A DNA stretch of 64,000 bases from Acutalibacteraceae bacterium (GCA_045640865.1 JAZUFU010000130.1:12281-76280), one strand, 5' to 3'. Counted from the stretch's first letter, positions 8,477 through 17,897 are shown. A program made the numbers and translations. Notes: generated by a model from the letters alone, not told the origin.

Positions 8477-11116
8477 TTGGATTTTAAATATGAGGTTTCA
8501 ATCGTCATTCCCGTTTACAATGTTGAAAAGTATCTGGAGCATTGTATTAACTCCCTTCTGGAGCAGACAATTGACAAATCAAAGATTGAGGTTGTTATGG
8601 TTGACGACGGCTCGACGGACAACAGCCCCGCCATCTGCGACAGATACGCTGAGCAGTATGATTTCATCCGCGTGTATCATATTGAAAACGGAGGAGCTTC
8701 CGCCGCGAGAAATTTCGGTATTGATAATTCTCACGGCAAGTATATTCTTTTCCTCGATTCCGATGACTGGCTGACTAAAAAATCAATCAAGAGCATCGTT
8801 TCGTTTTTCAATAAGCATTATGATGAAATTGACATCGTTACATACGAAGAGCTTCACTTCAAAAACGATGAAATCAAAAAGATTAACCATTACAGATACA
8901 ATGTTGTAAACAAAACAGGCGTTTATGACCTGAACGACCCCGAGTATATGTATTTTGTTCAGACTCACATGAACATCTGCATTAAAAACCTCGGCGAAAA
9001 TAATGTAAAATTCGATACCTCCATGATTTACCATGAGGATCAGAAATTTATCCTTTCCGTTCTTGCGGACAAGCAGAAAATCGGCTTCTGTGAAAAGGCA
9101 AAGTATATTTACCTCCAGAACGCCGAGGGCGCAAGCGGAATGAACAAATCCCACCCCTACTATATTTTTGACAAGACAATTGAGTTCTGGGAATCTTTCT
9201 TTGACACCGAAACAGTGCCGAAATATGTTCAGGCTTATTATATGAACGATTTCCGCTGGAAGATTCGTTCCGATGTTTTGTGGCCTTATCAGTATCAGGG
9301 CGAAGAATTTGAGAAGCAGAAGGACAGAATCATCAGCCTTTTAAAGCGTGTTGACGATGATGTTATCGAAAGCTTCCCGTGGCTTATCGCTTCGCACAAG
9401 GCTTATATCTATCAGCTTAAATACGGCGATAAGATGAAGGTGCTGACCGAGGAGGACAAATACTCCGTCTGCCTTGAGGACGAGCCCTATCTCAGCTTTG
9501 AAAAGATTGAAATCTACACCACCCGCTTCAAGGTTAAGGACGGTCAGCTTACTCTGATAGGCGTTGTGAAATGCCTTGCGGCAAACTTCACCGAGGATAT
9601 ACGCGCTCAGGCGAAGTTCACGGGCGATACTGAAGAAACCGTTGACCTTGAGCTGAAATATTCTTCATTAAGTCTCTGCGCGTCTCAGACAGAAACAAAC
9701 AATTTCAAAATGTTTATAATCAAGCGTCCGTTAAAAGGACTTAAGCGCATCGACTTCACTGCTTCTGTCAACGGCGTGAATTATCCCGTTCATTTCACCT
9801 TTGCGGGTTCAACAAGTCCGTTCAACCGCGGCCTTAAAAGAATGGCTTACATCTGCGAGGGGCTTCATATCAGATACACTGAGCTCGGCGGAAAGGCATA
9901 TTTCACTTTCAGAAAAGCGAATGTTTTCAACAAGCTTCATTCTCTTGCGCGAAATATCCGCTTCGCTCCCAAAATCGGTTACAGAAACACGCTCACAAGG
10001 CTTCAGGCTCCGAAATATAAAAAGGAACATAAAATCTGGCTTTACTGCGACTCGTCAAAGACGGTCAAGGACAATGCCTATTATCAGTTCCTCCACGATA
10101 TTAAGAAAAAGGACGGCGTAGAGCGTTATTACATCTATAATTCGCAGACGGATATAAAGGGCTGGTTTGATGATTCACTCAAAAAGTATCTTGTTCCCTA
10201 CGGCTCACTTAAGCACAGACTTTACGCCTTGAGTGCCGACAAATTTCTCACTTCTTTTTACGGTCTTCGTGATATGCTGTCTTATCCGTCGGGCGCGATG
10301 AAATATTTCTTTGACATGATAAACTTCGATGTCATTTATCTTCAGCACGGCGTGCTTCACGCTCATTTGCCGACGATGTATTCGCTTGACAGAATGATTC
10401 TTGACAAAGAGGTTGTTTCAACTGAGTTTGAGGCGCAGAATCTTGTGGATAATTACTGCTTCGACGAAAGCTTCCTCATCAAATGCGGAATGCCTAGATA
10501 TGACCACATCGACACAACGAAAAAGGCAGAGAAAAAGATTCTTTTTGCTCCCTCATGGCGTAAATTCCTCGTTCAGTCAGACGGCAAGGGAAGCTGGAAG
10601 CCGAAAGAAAAGGTTTTCCTGAATTCCGAATTTTATAAGGTTACATCGGCGTTCCTTTCTGACCCGAGGCTTAAAAAGGCTCTTGAGGATAACGGCTTCG
10701 TGCTCGACTTCAAGCTTCACCCGAATTTCAGATTTTTTGATAAATTCTATGAGCTTGACGGCGAAACGGTGCGCCTTGCGGATAAAACCGTTGACGAATT
10801 TTCCTACAGCATTTTCATTACGGATTTCTCATCATTCGTTTTTGATTTTATCTATCTTAAACGCCCGATTCTCTACTTTGTTCCCGATAAGGATCTGTTC
10901 GACGCGGGACTTAACCATTACCGCGAGCTTGATATTCCGCTTGACGACGGCTTCGGCGAGCTTTCAACCACTCCCGAAAAGGCGGTTGACGATGTTATCG
11001 CTCTTATTGAGAATAACTGCACACCCGAAGAAAAATATGTTGAGCGCATGAACGGACTTTTCTTTGATGTGGAAAATCATGCGGAAGAGCTTTATAATTA
11101 TCTTATGAAAGAATAA
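8477..11116 (+). CDS. Bifunctional family-2 glycosyltransferase / CDP-glycerol glycerophosphotransferase (TagF-like)
   Basis: N-terminus has VSIVIPVYNVEKYLE...DDGSTD..LDSDD (GT2). C-terminus has KILFAPSWR, KLHPN and ITDFSSFVFDFIYLKRPILYFVPD (TagF/TagB family). The ORF track starts at 8423, but that ATG lies at or before the predicted transcription start site (TSS). GGAGGG (8463-8468) sits 8 nt before an in-frame TTG at 8477, so I place the start there; this is uncertain. Confidence 0.75.
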   Translation: MDFKYEVSIVIPVYNVEKYLEHCINSLLEQTIDKSKIEVVMVDDGSTDNSPAICDRYAEQYDFIRVYHIENGGASAARNFGIDNSHGKYILFLDSDDWLTKKSIKSIVSFFNKHYDEIDIVTYEELHFKNDEIKKINHYRYNVVNKTGVYDLNDPEYMYFVQTHMNICIKNLGENNVKFDTSMIYHEDQKFILSVLADKQKIGFCEKAKYIYLQNAEGASGMNKSHPYYIFDKTIEFWESFFDTETVPKYVQAYYMNDFRWKIRSDVLWPYQYQGEEFEKQKDRIISLLKRVDDDVIESFPWLIASHKAYIYQLKYGDKMKVLTEEDKYSVCLEDEPYLSFEKIEIYTTRFKVKDGQLTLIGVVKCLAANFTEDIRAQAKFTGDTEETVDLELKYSSLSLCASQTETNNFKMFIIKRPLKGLKRIDFTASVNGVNYPVHFTFAGSTSPFNRGLKRMAYICEGLHIRYTELGGKAYFTFRKANVFNKLHSLARNIRFAPKIGYRNTLTRLQAPKYKKEHKIWLYCDSSKTVKDNAYYQFLHDIKKKDGVERYYIYNSQTDIKGWFDDSLKKYLVPYGSLKHRLYALSADKFLTSFYGLRDMLSYPSGAMKYFFDMINFDVIYLQHGVLHAHLPTMYSLDRMILDKEVVSTEFEAQNLVDNYCFDESFLIKCGMPRYDHIDTTKKAEKKILFAPSWRKFLVQSDGKGSWKPKEKVFLNSEFYKVTSAFLSDPRLKKALEDNGFVLDFKLHPNFRFFDKFYELDGETVRLADKTVDEFSYSIFITDFSSFVFDFIYLKRPILYFVPDKDLFDAGLNHYRELDIPLDDGFGELSTTPEKAVDDVIALIENNCTPEEKYVERMNGLFFDVENHAEELYNYLMKE

Positions 11117-11131
11117 AAGGAAGTTTTAACT

Positions 11132-12226
11132 ATGAAATTAGGTATTGTCGGTTTGCCCAATGTCGGCAAAAGCACACTTTTTAACGCAATCACAAACGCA
11201 GGCGCACAGTCCGCAAACTACGCTTTCTGCACAATTGAGCCGAATGTTGGCGTTGTAGCCGTTCCCGATAAAAGGCTTGATAAATTAACCGAGATGTATA
11301 ATCCCGTCAAGACTACTCCAGCAACGATTGAGTTTGTTGATATCGCAGGTCTTGTAAAGGGCGCGTCAAAGGGCGAGGGACTCGGAAACAAATTCCTTTC
11401 CCATATCCGTGAGGTTGACGCGATAATCCATGTTGTCCGCTGCTTTATAAATGACGATATTATTCATGTTGATGGCAGCATCGACCCCGCGAGAGATATT
11501 GAGACAATCAACCTTGAGCTGATTTTCTCTGATATTGAGATTGTTGAACGCCGCCTTGACAGAAGCACAAAGGCTATGAAGGGCGACAAAACTCTTGCCA
11601 AAGAGGTTGACTTCCTCAAACGCCTTAAAGAAGCTCTCGAAAACGGAATCCCCGCGAGAAATGTTGAATGCGACGAGGACGAGCAGGAGATTATCAACAC
11701 AACGGCTCTCCTTACCGCAAAGCCTGTTATCTACGCCTGCAACATGAGCGAGGACGATTTTGCCAACGGTCTTGACTCAAATGAGGGTTACTTAAAGGTT
11801 TGTGAAATTGCCAAGGAAGAAAACGCTCAGGTGCTTCCCATCTGCGCCGAGCTTGAGGCTGAGATTGCCTCCCTTGATAAAGAAGAAAAAGAAATGTTCC
11901 TCTCCGAGCTTGGTATTGAGCAGGGCGGTCTTGATTTGCTCATTCAGCGCAGCTACGCTCTTTTAGGTCTTATCTCCTATCTCACCGCAGGTACTCCCGA
12001 GGTAAGAGCGTGGACTATCAAGGACGGCACAAAAGCTCCGCAGGCGGCAGGCAAGATCCATTCCGACTTTGAGCGCGGCTTTATCCGTGCCGAGGTTATC
12101 GCCTTTGATGACCTTATGGCAAACGGCTCCATGGCGGCGGCTAAGGAAAAAGGACTTGTCCGCAGCGAGGGCAAGGAATATGTTATGAAGGACGGAGACA
12201 TCGTTCTCTTCCGCTTTAATGTCTGA
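11132..12226 (+). CDS. ychF: Redox-regulated ribosome-binding ATPase YchF
   Basis: 364 aa: MKLGIVGLPNVGKSTLFNA.., C-terminal TGS-like ..YVMKDGDIVLFRFNV. Confidence 0.95.
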   Translation: MKLGIVGLPNVGKSTLFNAITNAGAQSANYAFCTIEPNVGVVAVPDKRLDKLTEMYNPVKTTPATIEFVDIAGLVKGASKGEGLGNKFLSHIREVDAIIHVVRCFINDDIIHVDGSIDPARDIETINLELIFSDIEIVERRLDRSTKAMKGDKTLAKEVDFLKRLKEALENGIPARNVECDEDEQEIINTTALLTAKPVIYACNMSEDDFANGLDSNEGYLKVCEIAKEENAQVLPICAELEAEIASLDKEEKEMFLSELGIEQGGLDLLIQRSYALLGLISYLTAGTPEVRAWTIKDGTKAPQAAGKIHSDFERGFIRAEVIAFDDLMANGSMAAAKEKGLVRSEGKEYVMKDGDIVLFRFNV

Positions 12227-12235
12227 TACTGTAGT

Positions 12236-13861
12236 ATGATTAGAGTAAATGAAATTAAAATCTCTGTCGATAAAGCCGATGCCGATTTGAATTTTTACGC
12301 CGCAAGGGCGCTGAAAATTCCCAAAGAAAAAATCACATCGCTTCAGATTGTTAAAAAATCTCTCGATTCGCGCAAAAAAGACAGCCTGTTTTTTGTCTAT
12401 AGTGTTGATATCGAGGTTGACGGAGACGAAGAAAAAATCCTCACAAAATCAAAATATAAAAAAGCGTCTCTCGTTGAGCCGTTTTCCTACTCAGTTCCCG
12501 AAAACAAGCGCACAGGTTCTTTCCGTCCTGTTGTCGCGGGCTTCGGTCCGGGCGGTATGTTTGCCGCGCTGAATCTTGCGAGGGCGGGCGCCTGCCCGAT
12601 AGTCCTTGAGCGCGGAGCTGATGTTGACACCCGTCAGAAGGATGTCGATACATTCTGGAAAACGAAGAAGCTGAATACGAAGTCGAATGTTCAGTTCGGC
12701 GAGGGTGGTGCAGGCACATTTTCGGACGGCAAGCTGACCACGGGCATCAAAGACCCGCTCTGCCGCCAGGTTGCGATTGATTTTGTTGAGTTCGGCGCGA
12801 ATGAAGACATACTTTATTCGTGGCTTCCCCATATCGGAACAGATAAGCTCTGCTCCATTGTTAAAAATATAAGAAAAGAAATTATCCGTCTCGGCGGCGA
12901 GGTTCGCTTCAACTGTACACTTACCGATATTTTTGCGTTCAACGGCGTTATCCAGGGCGTAAGCTATGAGGACGAAAACGGCGAAAAGCGCGACATTGAA
13001 ACGGACGCGCTGATTCTTGCCATAGGTCATTCTGCGAGGGATACCGTTGAGATGCTCTACAATAAGGGCATCAAGATGATGCAGAAGCCGTTTTCGGTTG
13101 GTGCGAGAATTGAGCACCCGAGAGAGATGATAGATAAAGCGCAGTACGGTGATTACGCAGGGCATCCTGCTCTCGGCGCGGCAAGCTATAAGCTGTCGTG
13201 TCATCCGCAGGGCGGCAGAGGAGCTTATACATTCTGCATGTGCCCGGGCGGCACGGTTGTTGCGGCGGCGAGTGAAGAAAACACGGTCGTTGTAAACGGA
13301 ATGAGCTATCACGCGAGAGATGGCAGAAACTCAAACTCTGCGCTTCTTGTAGGCGTTGAGCCCGAGGATTTCGGAAGTGAGCATCCGCTTGCAGGTTTTG
13401 ATTTACAGCACGAAATCGAGCACAAAGCCTTCACTCAGGGCGGCGGAGATTATTCCGCTCCTGCTCAGCTTGTGGGCGATTTTCTCAACAATAAACCGTC
13501 AACAGCTTTCGGCAATATTGAGCCGACCTGCCCGACGGGCGTTAAATTAGGCGATATAAGAACGGTGCTTCCAAAAAAAGTTACCGATATTATGGCGGAT
13601 GCCATTGTTAAAATGGGCACTCAGCTTAAAGGCTTTGACAGACCGGACGCTGTTCTGACTGCTCCCGAAACCCGTTCGTCGTCCCCTGTCAGAATTCTGC
13701 GCGATGAGTATTATCAGAGTGTGAGCCTTCGCGGACTTTACCCCTGCGGCGAGGGCGCGGGCTACGCGGGCGGAATCGTATCATCGGCGGTTGACGGAAT
13801 CCGCTGTGCAAACGCAGTTCTCAGCGGCGAATATCTTAACTGGTTCGTTACAGAAAATTGA
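12236..13861 (+). CDS. Uncharacterised FAD-dependent dehydrogenase (COG2509-type)
   Basis: 541 aa. VVAGFGPGGMFAAL dinucleotide fold, FGEGGAGTFSDGKLTT and C-terminal PCGEGAGYAGGI motifs typical of this family. Confidence 0.75.
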   Translation: MIRVNEIKISVDKADADLNFYAARALKIPKEKITSLQIVKKSLDSRKKDSLFFVYSVDIEVDGDEEKILTKSKYKKASLVEPFSYSVPENKRTGSFRPVVAGFGPGGMFAALNLARAGACPIVLERGADVDTRQKDVDTFWKTKKLNTKSNVQFGEGGAGTFSDGKLTTGIKDPLCRQVAIDFVEFGANEDILYSWLPHIGTDKLCSIVKNIRKEIIRLGGEVRFNCTLTDIFAFNGVIQGVSYEDENGEKRDIETDALILAIGHSARDTVEMLYNKGIKMMQKPFSVGARIEHPREMIDKAQYGDYAGHPALGAASYKLSCHPQGGRGAYTFCMCPGGTVVAAASEENTVVVNGMSYHARDGRNSNSALLVGVEPEDFGSEHPLAGFDLQHEIEHKAFTQGGGDYSAPAQLVGDFLNNKPSTAFGNIEPTCPTGVKLGDIRTVLPKKVTDIMADAIVKMGTQLKGFDRPDAVLTAPETRSSSPVRILRDEYYQSVSLRGLYPCGEGAGYAGGIVSSAVDGIRCANAVLSGEYLNWFVTEN

Positions 13862-13892
13862 AATAAACTTACATTGAAAGGTGGTGAAATAA

Positions 13893-14012
13893 ATGGAACA
13901 GTTTAACGCATTCATTCAGCAGCTTGTGGATTTCATAACTAATTTTGCAGCGATATTCAACAGAATCCCCTGGGCTGACATCATCAACGGTCTCCTTGCA
14001 AAAATCATGTAA
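13893..14012 (+). CDS. Unlisted 39-aa amphipathic peptide ORF (MEQFNAFIQQLVDFITNFAAIFNRIPWADIINGLLAKIM)
   Basis: Not in the ORF track (under 60 aa). AAGGTGGTGA RBS ends 6 nt before the ATG. It starts 31 nt after the preceding gene and is followed by a strong terminator at 14041-14075. Coding status is unproven. Confidence 0.45.
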   Translation: MEQFNAFIQQLVDFITNFAAIFNRIPWADIINGLLAKIM

Positions 14013-14040
14013 TTATCGGGCAGAAAACAGTTAAATCCGC

Positions 14041-14075
14041 GGCGGAGAAGTTAAAAGCTTCTCCGCCATTTTTTT
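14041..14075 (+). terminator. Intrinsic terminator
   Basis: GGCGGAGAAG-ttaaaag-CTTCTCCGCC followed by attttttt. Confidence 0.75.
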
Positions 14076-14076
14076 G

Positions 14077-14105
14077 TTGACAAAACCGCCAAAACAGAAT
14101 AGAAT
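14077..14105 (+). promoter_or_regulatory. Sigma-A-type promoter for the C1 peptidase gene
   Basis: TTGACA (14077-14082), 17-bp spacer, TAGAAT (14100-14105); AAGGAGGA RBS downstream. Confidence 0.5.
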
Positions 14106-14126
14106 TGTCTTAAAGGAGGAAGCCTT

Positions 14127-16148
14127 ATGTTCAGAAAAATCATTTCAGTTGTTTTGTGTACGGTTATTTCTCTTTCATGCGTTATCCTTGCTTCTGCAAA
14201 AGATGACGGTGGTGCGGTTAAGGGCAGACCTGTCTCTGACGGCGGACTGACAAGAATCGTTTATTATGACCAAAACGGGCAGAAGGTTGACATGAACGAC
14301 GCGGGCGGTCTTTTCACCGAAGACAGCTTTGTGAATTACAGCTTTCCGAAAAAATATGACGCGAGGGATTACAATCTTGTTACAGGCGTAAAGGATCAGG
14401 ATCCGTTCGGCACATGCTGGGCATTTTCGTGCTGTTCAGCGGCGGAAACAAGCCTTATCAAGCAGGGCTATGAAACCAAAAGCAGTGTCAACCTATCCGA
14501 AGCGCATCTTGTTTATTTCACAGGCTTCTCCACAGATTCGGGCGCAGGCACGCAGGCAGAATATGACGAGCTGAAAATGTCCGATATTTTCAACAGCGGC
14601 GGAAGCTCTATTCTTACTGACACAACGCTTGCAAGGGGTTCGGGCTTCGCCAAGGAGTCAGCTTTCCCCTACAGCACCGATGAATCAAAAATGCACTTTT
14701 CAAATTCAGATAAATACAAATGCGATTATCAGCTCGTTTATTCACAGACTCACGTGGATTTTTCCGTAGAATCCGCAAAGAAAGATATTCTTGAGTACGG
14801 AAGCATTATGATGTCATACCACGGCGAGCGGACAAGGTTTTACAATAATTCAAAGGACGGCTACTGCTATTACTGTCCTCTTTCGCTTGTAGATAATCAC
14901 AGCGTTACGGTTATCGGCTGGGACGACAGCTTTTCTGCGGATAATTTTCTCAATAAACCCGCAGGCAACGGCGCGTGGCTCGTTAAAAACAGCTGGGGAA
15001 CAGACTGGGGAGACAGCGGCTATTTCTGGCTTTCATATTACGACCCGACCATATATGATTACACCGCTTTAAAGGCTGTTCCCGCGGGAAGCTACAGCAA
15101 AATATATCAGTATGACGGAAATGTCTGCCTTATGACGCTTGAATCTGACGGCAACGGCTCAATGGCAAATATTTTCACATCAGAAAAAAGCGGCGAAAGC
15201 GTTGCTGCGGCGAGCTTTACGCTGAGCTATCCTGTGTGCTATTCGGCGAATGTTTCTCTTTACACAGGACTAAAAAACAACACCGACCCCACAAGCGGAA
15301 CGCTCCGCGAAACGCAGAGCATAGTCTGCAACTCTCAGGGTTATTATGTTGTTGATTTCAACAATACATATTCCGTTAAAAAAGGCGAAAAGTTTTCGGT
15401 TGTCGTTACGCTTATAAGTTATACGGATTTTCATCAGGTTCCTGTCGAGGGCGGCTCCGACAGCGGACTGGGCATGGATTTTAAAATGTACTCGGATTCC
15501 AATCAGAGCTTCGTCAATCTCGGCAGCGGCTGGGAAGATGCAGGCGCAGAGGGCTACAACAATGTTCCCGTTAAGGCGCTGACCGTAAACAGTGAGGAGA
15601 TTAAGAGCCTTGCGATAAACACCTTGCCCGAAAAAACAAAGTATTATGTCGGCAACCGTCTTTCAACTGACGGGCTTTCACTTGTCGCCACGCTGAAAAG
15701 CGGCAAAAAGAAAATAATCACAGGCGGTTTTTCCTGCAATACAGATAAGCTGACATCCGCGGGAACGAAAAATGTTACCGTAACATACATGGGCAAGAGC
15801 GTTACATTCTCTGTAACGGTGAGCAAAATGCCTGCTGACGCAATCAAGGGCATACAGGCTGACAATGTTTCAATCAACGCAAAGCAGAGCGGAACTATCC
15901 CCGTAACCGTAAAGTCGGACGGAAAAGCAAAATATGAAATCACTTATATTTCGGGCAACGACAGCTCTGTTTATGTCGATTCCGACGGCAACTATTACGG
16001 TATAAGGCGCGGCTCGTCAACCGTAACCTGCATCGCCGCCGACGAATACGGCAATGTTTTCACCGACACCTGCACCGTAACTGTCAATTATACATTCGGT
16101 CAATGGCTTATCATTATTCTTCTTTTCGGCTGGATATGGTACATATAA
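14127..16148 (+). CDS. Secreted, membrane-anchored papain-family (C1A) cysteine peptidase with Ig-like domains
   Basis: 673 aa with a signal peptide. Catalytic motifs are present: QDPFGTCWAFS (Cys), NHSVTVIGWDD (His), NSWGTDWGDSGYFWLSY (Asn/Trp). C-terminal part has Ig-like modules (TKYYVGNRLSTDGLSL..VTVTY; Big_2-like) and a terminal hydrophobic anchor FGQWLIIILLFGWIWYI. Confidence 0.85.
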   Translation: MFRKIISVVLCTVISLSCVILASAKDDGGAVKGRPVSDGGLTRIVYYDQNGQKVDMNDAGGLFTEDSFVNYSFPKKYDARDYNLVTGVKDQDPFGTCWAFSCCSAAETSLIKQGYETKSSVNLSEAHLVYFTGFSTDSGAGTQAEYDELKMSDIFNSGGSSILTDTTLARGSGFAKESAFPYSTDESKMHFSNSDKYKCDYQLVYSQTHVDFSVESAKKDILEYGSIMMSYHGERTRFYNNSKDGYCYYCPLSLVDNHSVTVIGWDDSFSADNFLNKPAGNGAWLVKNSWGTDWGDSGYFWLSYYDPTIYDYTALKAVPAGSYSKIYQYDGNVCLMTLESDGNGSMANIFTSEKSGESVAAASFTLSYPVCYSANVSLYTGLKNNTDPTSGTLRETQSIVCNSQGYYVVDFNNTYSVKKGEKFSVVVTLISYTDFHQVPVEGGSDSGLGMDFKMYSDSNQSFVNLGSGWEDAGAEGYNNVPVKALTVNSEEIKSLAINTLPEKTKYYVGNRLSTDGLSLVATLKSGKKKIITGGFSCNTDKLTSAGTKNVTVTYMGKSVTFSVTVSKMPADAIKGIQADNVSINAKQSGTIPVTVKSDGKAKYEITYISGNDSSVYVDSDGNYYGIRRGSSTVTCIAADEYGNVFTDTCTVTVNYTFGQWLIIILLFGWIWYI

Positions 16149-16182
16149 TCTCTGATTATTTTAATATTAAGGAGTTGTTTTT

Positions 16183-17112
16183 ATGAGCATTGTCAAGGAG
16201 TATTCTTTCCCCTCGGTTTCTGAATTAGGTGATATTTATGTCCGCTGCTGGCTGCCTGAGGACGGCAAGGTCAAGGCTGTTTTTCAGATGGCTCACGGCA
16301 TGGCGGAGCACTGCGACCGCTATGACTGGTTCGCTCAGAAGCTCTGCGACGCGGGTTACGCCGTTTTCATCAACAATCATCTCGGTCATAAGGGCTCTGT
16401 CAAAAATGACGATATGCTCGGCTTTTTCGGTGAAAAGGACGGCTGGCTGAATCTTGTTGAGGATATGCGCAAGACCACCGAGCTTGCAAAAAAAGAATTT
16501 CCCGACCTGCCGTTCATCGTTTTCGGCCACAGCATGGGCTCTTTTATCTGCCGCGCTTACACAAGCAGATACACCGACATTGACGCGGCGATTTACTGCG
16601 GCACAGGCGGCCCCAATCCCGCGGCGGCAATGGGAATCGCAGTTGCCAACACAATCGGCAAGGTTAAAGGCGTAATGTACAGAAGTCCGCTTATCGACAA
16701 AATGGCGTTCGGTGCTTACAACAAACGCTGCCCGAAAAGAACGCCCTTTGACTGGCTGACAAAGGACGAAGAAATTGTTGACAAATATATTGACGATAAA
16801 TACTGCGGATTTATGTTCACAACAGCAGGTTACAGGGATTTATTCAGCGCGCTCGGTTATGTTTCAAAGACGGAATGGGCTGAAAGAGTTCCGGAGAAGC
16901 TTCCGATTCTTATTGTTTCGGGCGCGGAGGATCCCGTCGGAACATATGGCGAGGGCGTTAAAAAGGTATATGAAATGCTCAAGGTAACAGGACACAATGA
17001 TGTTGAAATGAAGCTTTATGAGGGCGACAGACACGAAATCCTCAACGAGCTTGACAGAGACACAGTTGCGGCAGATATTATCGCATTTGCCGATAAATAC
17101 GCAACTAAATAA
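16183..17112 (+). CDS. Alpha/beta hydrolase (lysophospholipase / monoacylglycerol lipase-like)
   Basis: 309 aa. Nucleophile elbow FGHSMGS; HG oxyanion region (QMAHGMAEH); C-terminal DRHEILNE contributes the His of the triad. Confidence 0.75.
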   Translation: MSIVKEYSFPSVSELGDIYVRCWLPEDGKVKAVFQMAHGMAEHCDRYDWFAQKLCDAGYAVFINNHLGHKGSVKNDDMLGFFGEKDGWLNLVEDMRKTTELAKKEFPDLPFIVFGHSMGSFICRAYTSRYTDIDAAIYCGTGGPNPAAAMGIAVANTIGKVKGVMYRSPLIDKMAFGAYNKRCPKRTPFDWLTKDEEIVDKYIDDKYCGFMFTTAGYRDLFSALGYVSKTEWAERVPEKLPILIVSGAEDPVGTYGEGVKKVYEMLKVTGHNDVEMKLYEGDRHEILNELDRDTVAADIIAFADKYATK

Positions 17113-17123
17113 TTAAAAAAATT

Positions 17124-17160
17124 CGGGACACATCTGATTTGTCGGATGTGCCCCGTTTTT
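17124..17160. terminator. Bidirectional terminator between convergent genes
   Basis: CGGGACACATC..GATGTGCCCCG hairpin with ttttt on the plus side and aaaaaaa upstream (T-run on the minus strand). Confidence 0.65.
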
Positions 17161-17168
17161 CTGCTTTA

Positions 17169-17897
17169 TTACGGAATCGGAATAACACTGAAGCTGTGTA
17201 TGCTTTTGTCAGACTTGAAGAAATTGACTATATCCTCGGTCTTGACATTGTACGGCACCCTTATCGAAACGCTGTATGATGCGCGTCCCTCGCCGCGGGC
17301 GTCGATTTTTATTTCATCTGTCTGAGCTTTCCATGAGTCCGTCTGCTTGAAAAATTCGGGTCTGAATTTTTCGTCGTCGGTTGTCTCAAACTGCAATTTT
17401 ACTGTCGTGAGCGCGTCAGTGCCGATTTTGAATTTGTGCATGACAAACTGAAGCACTGCGATTATTGCCGTCGCAAAAAGACCGATAGGATACATTCCCG
17501 AGCCGATTGCAAGGCCTATGCCTGCGGTCGCCCATATGCCTGCGGCGGTAGTGAGTCCTTTAATCGTGCTGCCGTTTTTGAAAATTACGCCTGCGCCCAG
17601 GAAGCTGATGCCGCTGACAACCTGAGCCGCAATTCGCGCAGGGTCGGCTCCTCTTATTCCGTTGAAAAATTCTCCTGAAAGATTTGTGAGGTCAACGAAC
17701 GCGTATTTTGAAACAATCATCATCACCGCTGACGCACAGCAGACGATAATATGTGTCCTTATGCCCGCCTCCTTTAGTCTGCGGCTTCTTTCAAGACCTA
17801 TGCAGGCTCCGCAGGCGCACGCCACAACAATTCTTATGAAAAAATCAAGGCACTGTGCCAGCGAAAACTGACTTGTGAAATATTCAACCAATAACAT
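17169..17897 (-). CDS. mgtC: MgtC/SapB family membrane protein
   Basis: 242 aa. N-terminal four or five transmembrane (TM) helices with GLERS..KEAGIRTH and AAGIWATAGIGLAIG motifs, plus a soluble C-terminal domain. Confidence 0.85.
   Translation of the reverse strand: MLLVEYFTSQFSLAQCLDFFIRIVVACACGACIGLERSRRLKEAGIRTHIIVCCASAVMMIVSKYAFVDLTNLSGEFFNGIRGADPARIAAQVVSGISFLGAGVIFKNGSTIKGLTTAAGIWATAGIGLAIGSGMYPIGLFATAIIAVLQFVMHKFKIGTDALTTVKLQFETTDDEKFRPEFFKQTDSWKAQTDEIKIDARGEGRASYSVSIRVPYNVKTEDIVNFFKSDKSIHSFSVIPIP

Noticed and set aside
12491-13312. Long antisense or shadow ORFs in the track (for example 12491-13312, 19488-20087, 20652-21296, 29504-30004, 30909-31475, 41567-42079, 46280-46861, 47623-48033, 48089-48631, 48477-49073, 55946-56539, 63246-63725)
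   Set aside because: Each lies entirely inside, and opposite to or out of frame with, a gene that has strong family motifs. They lack RBSs and have Arg/Ser/Cys-rich or low-complexity compositions typical of non-coding frames.
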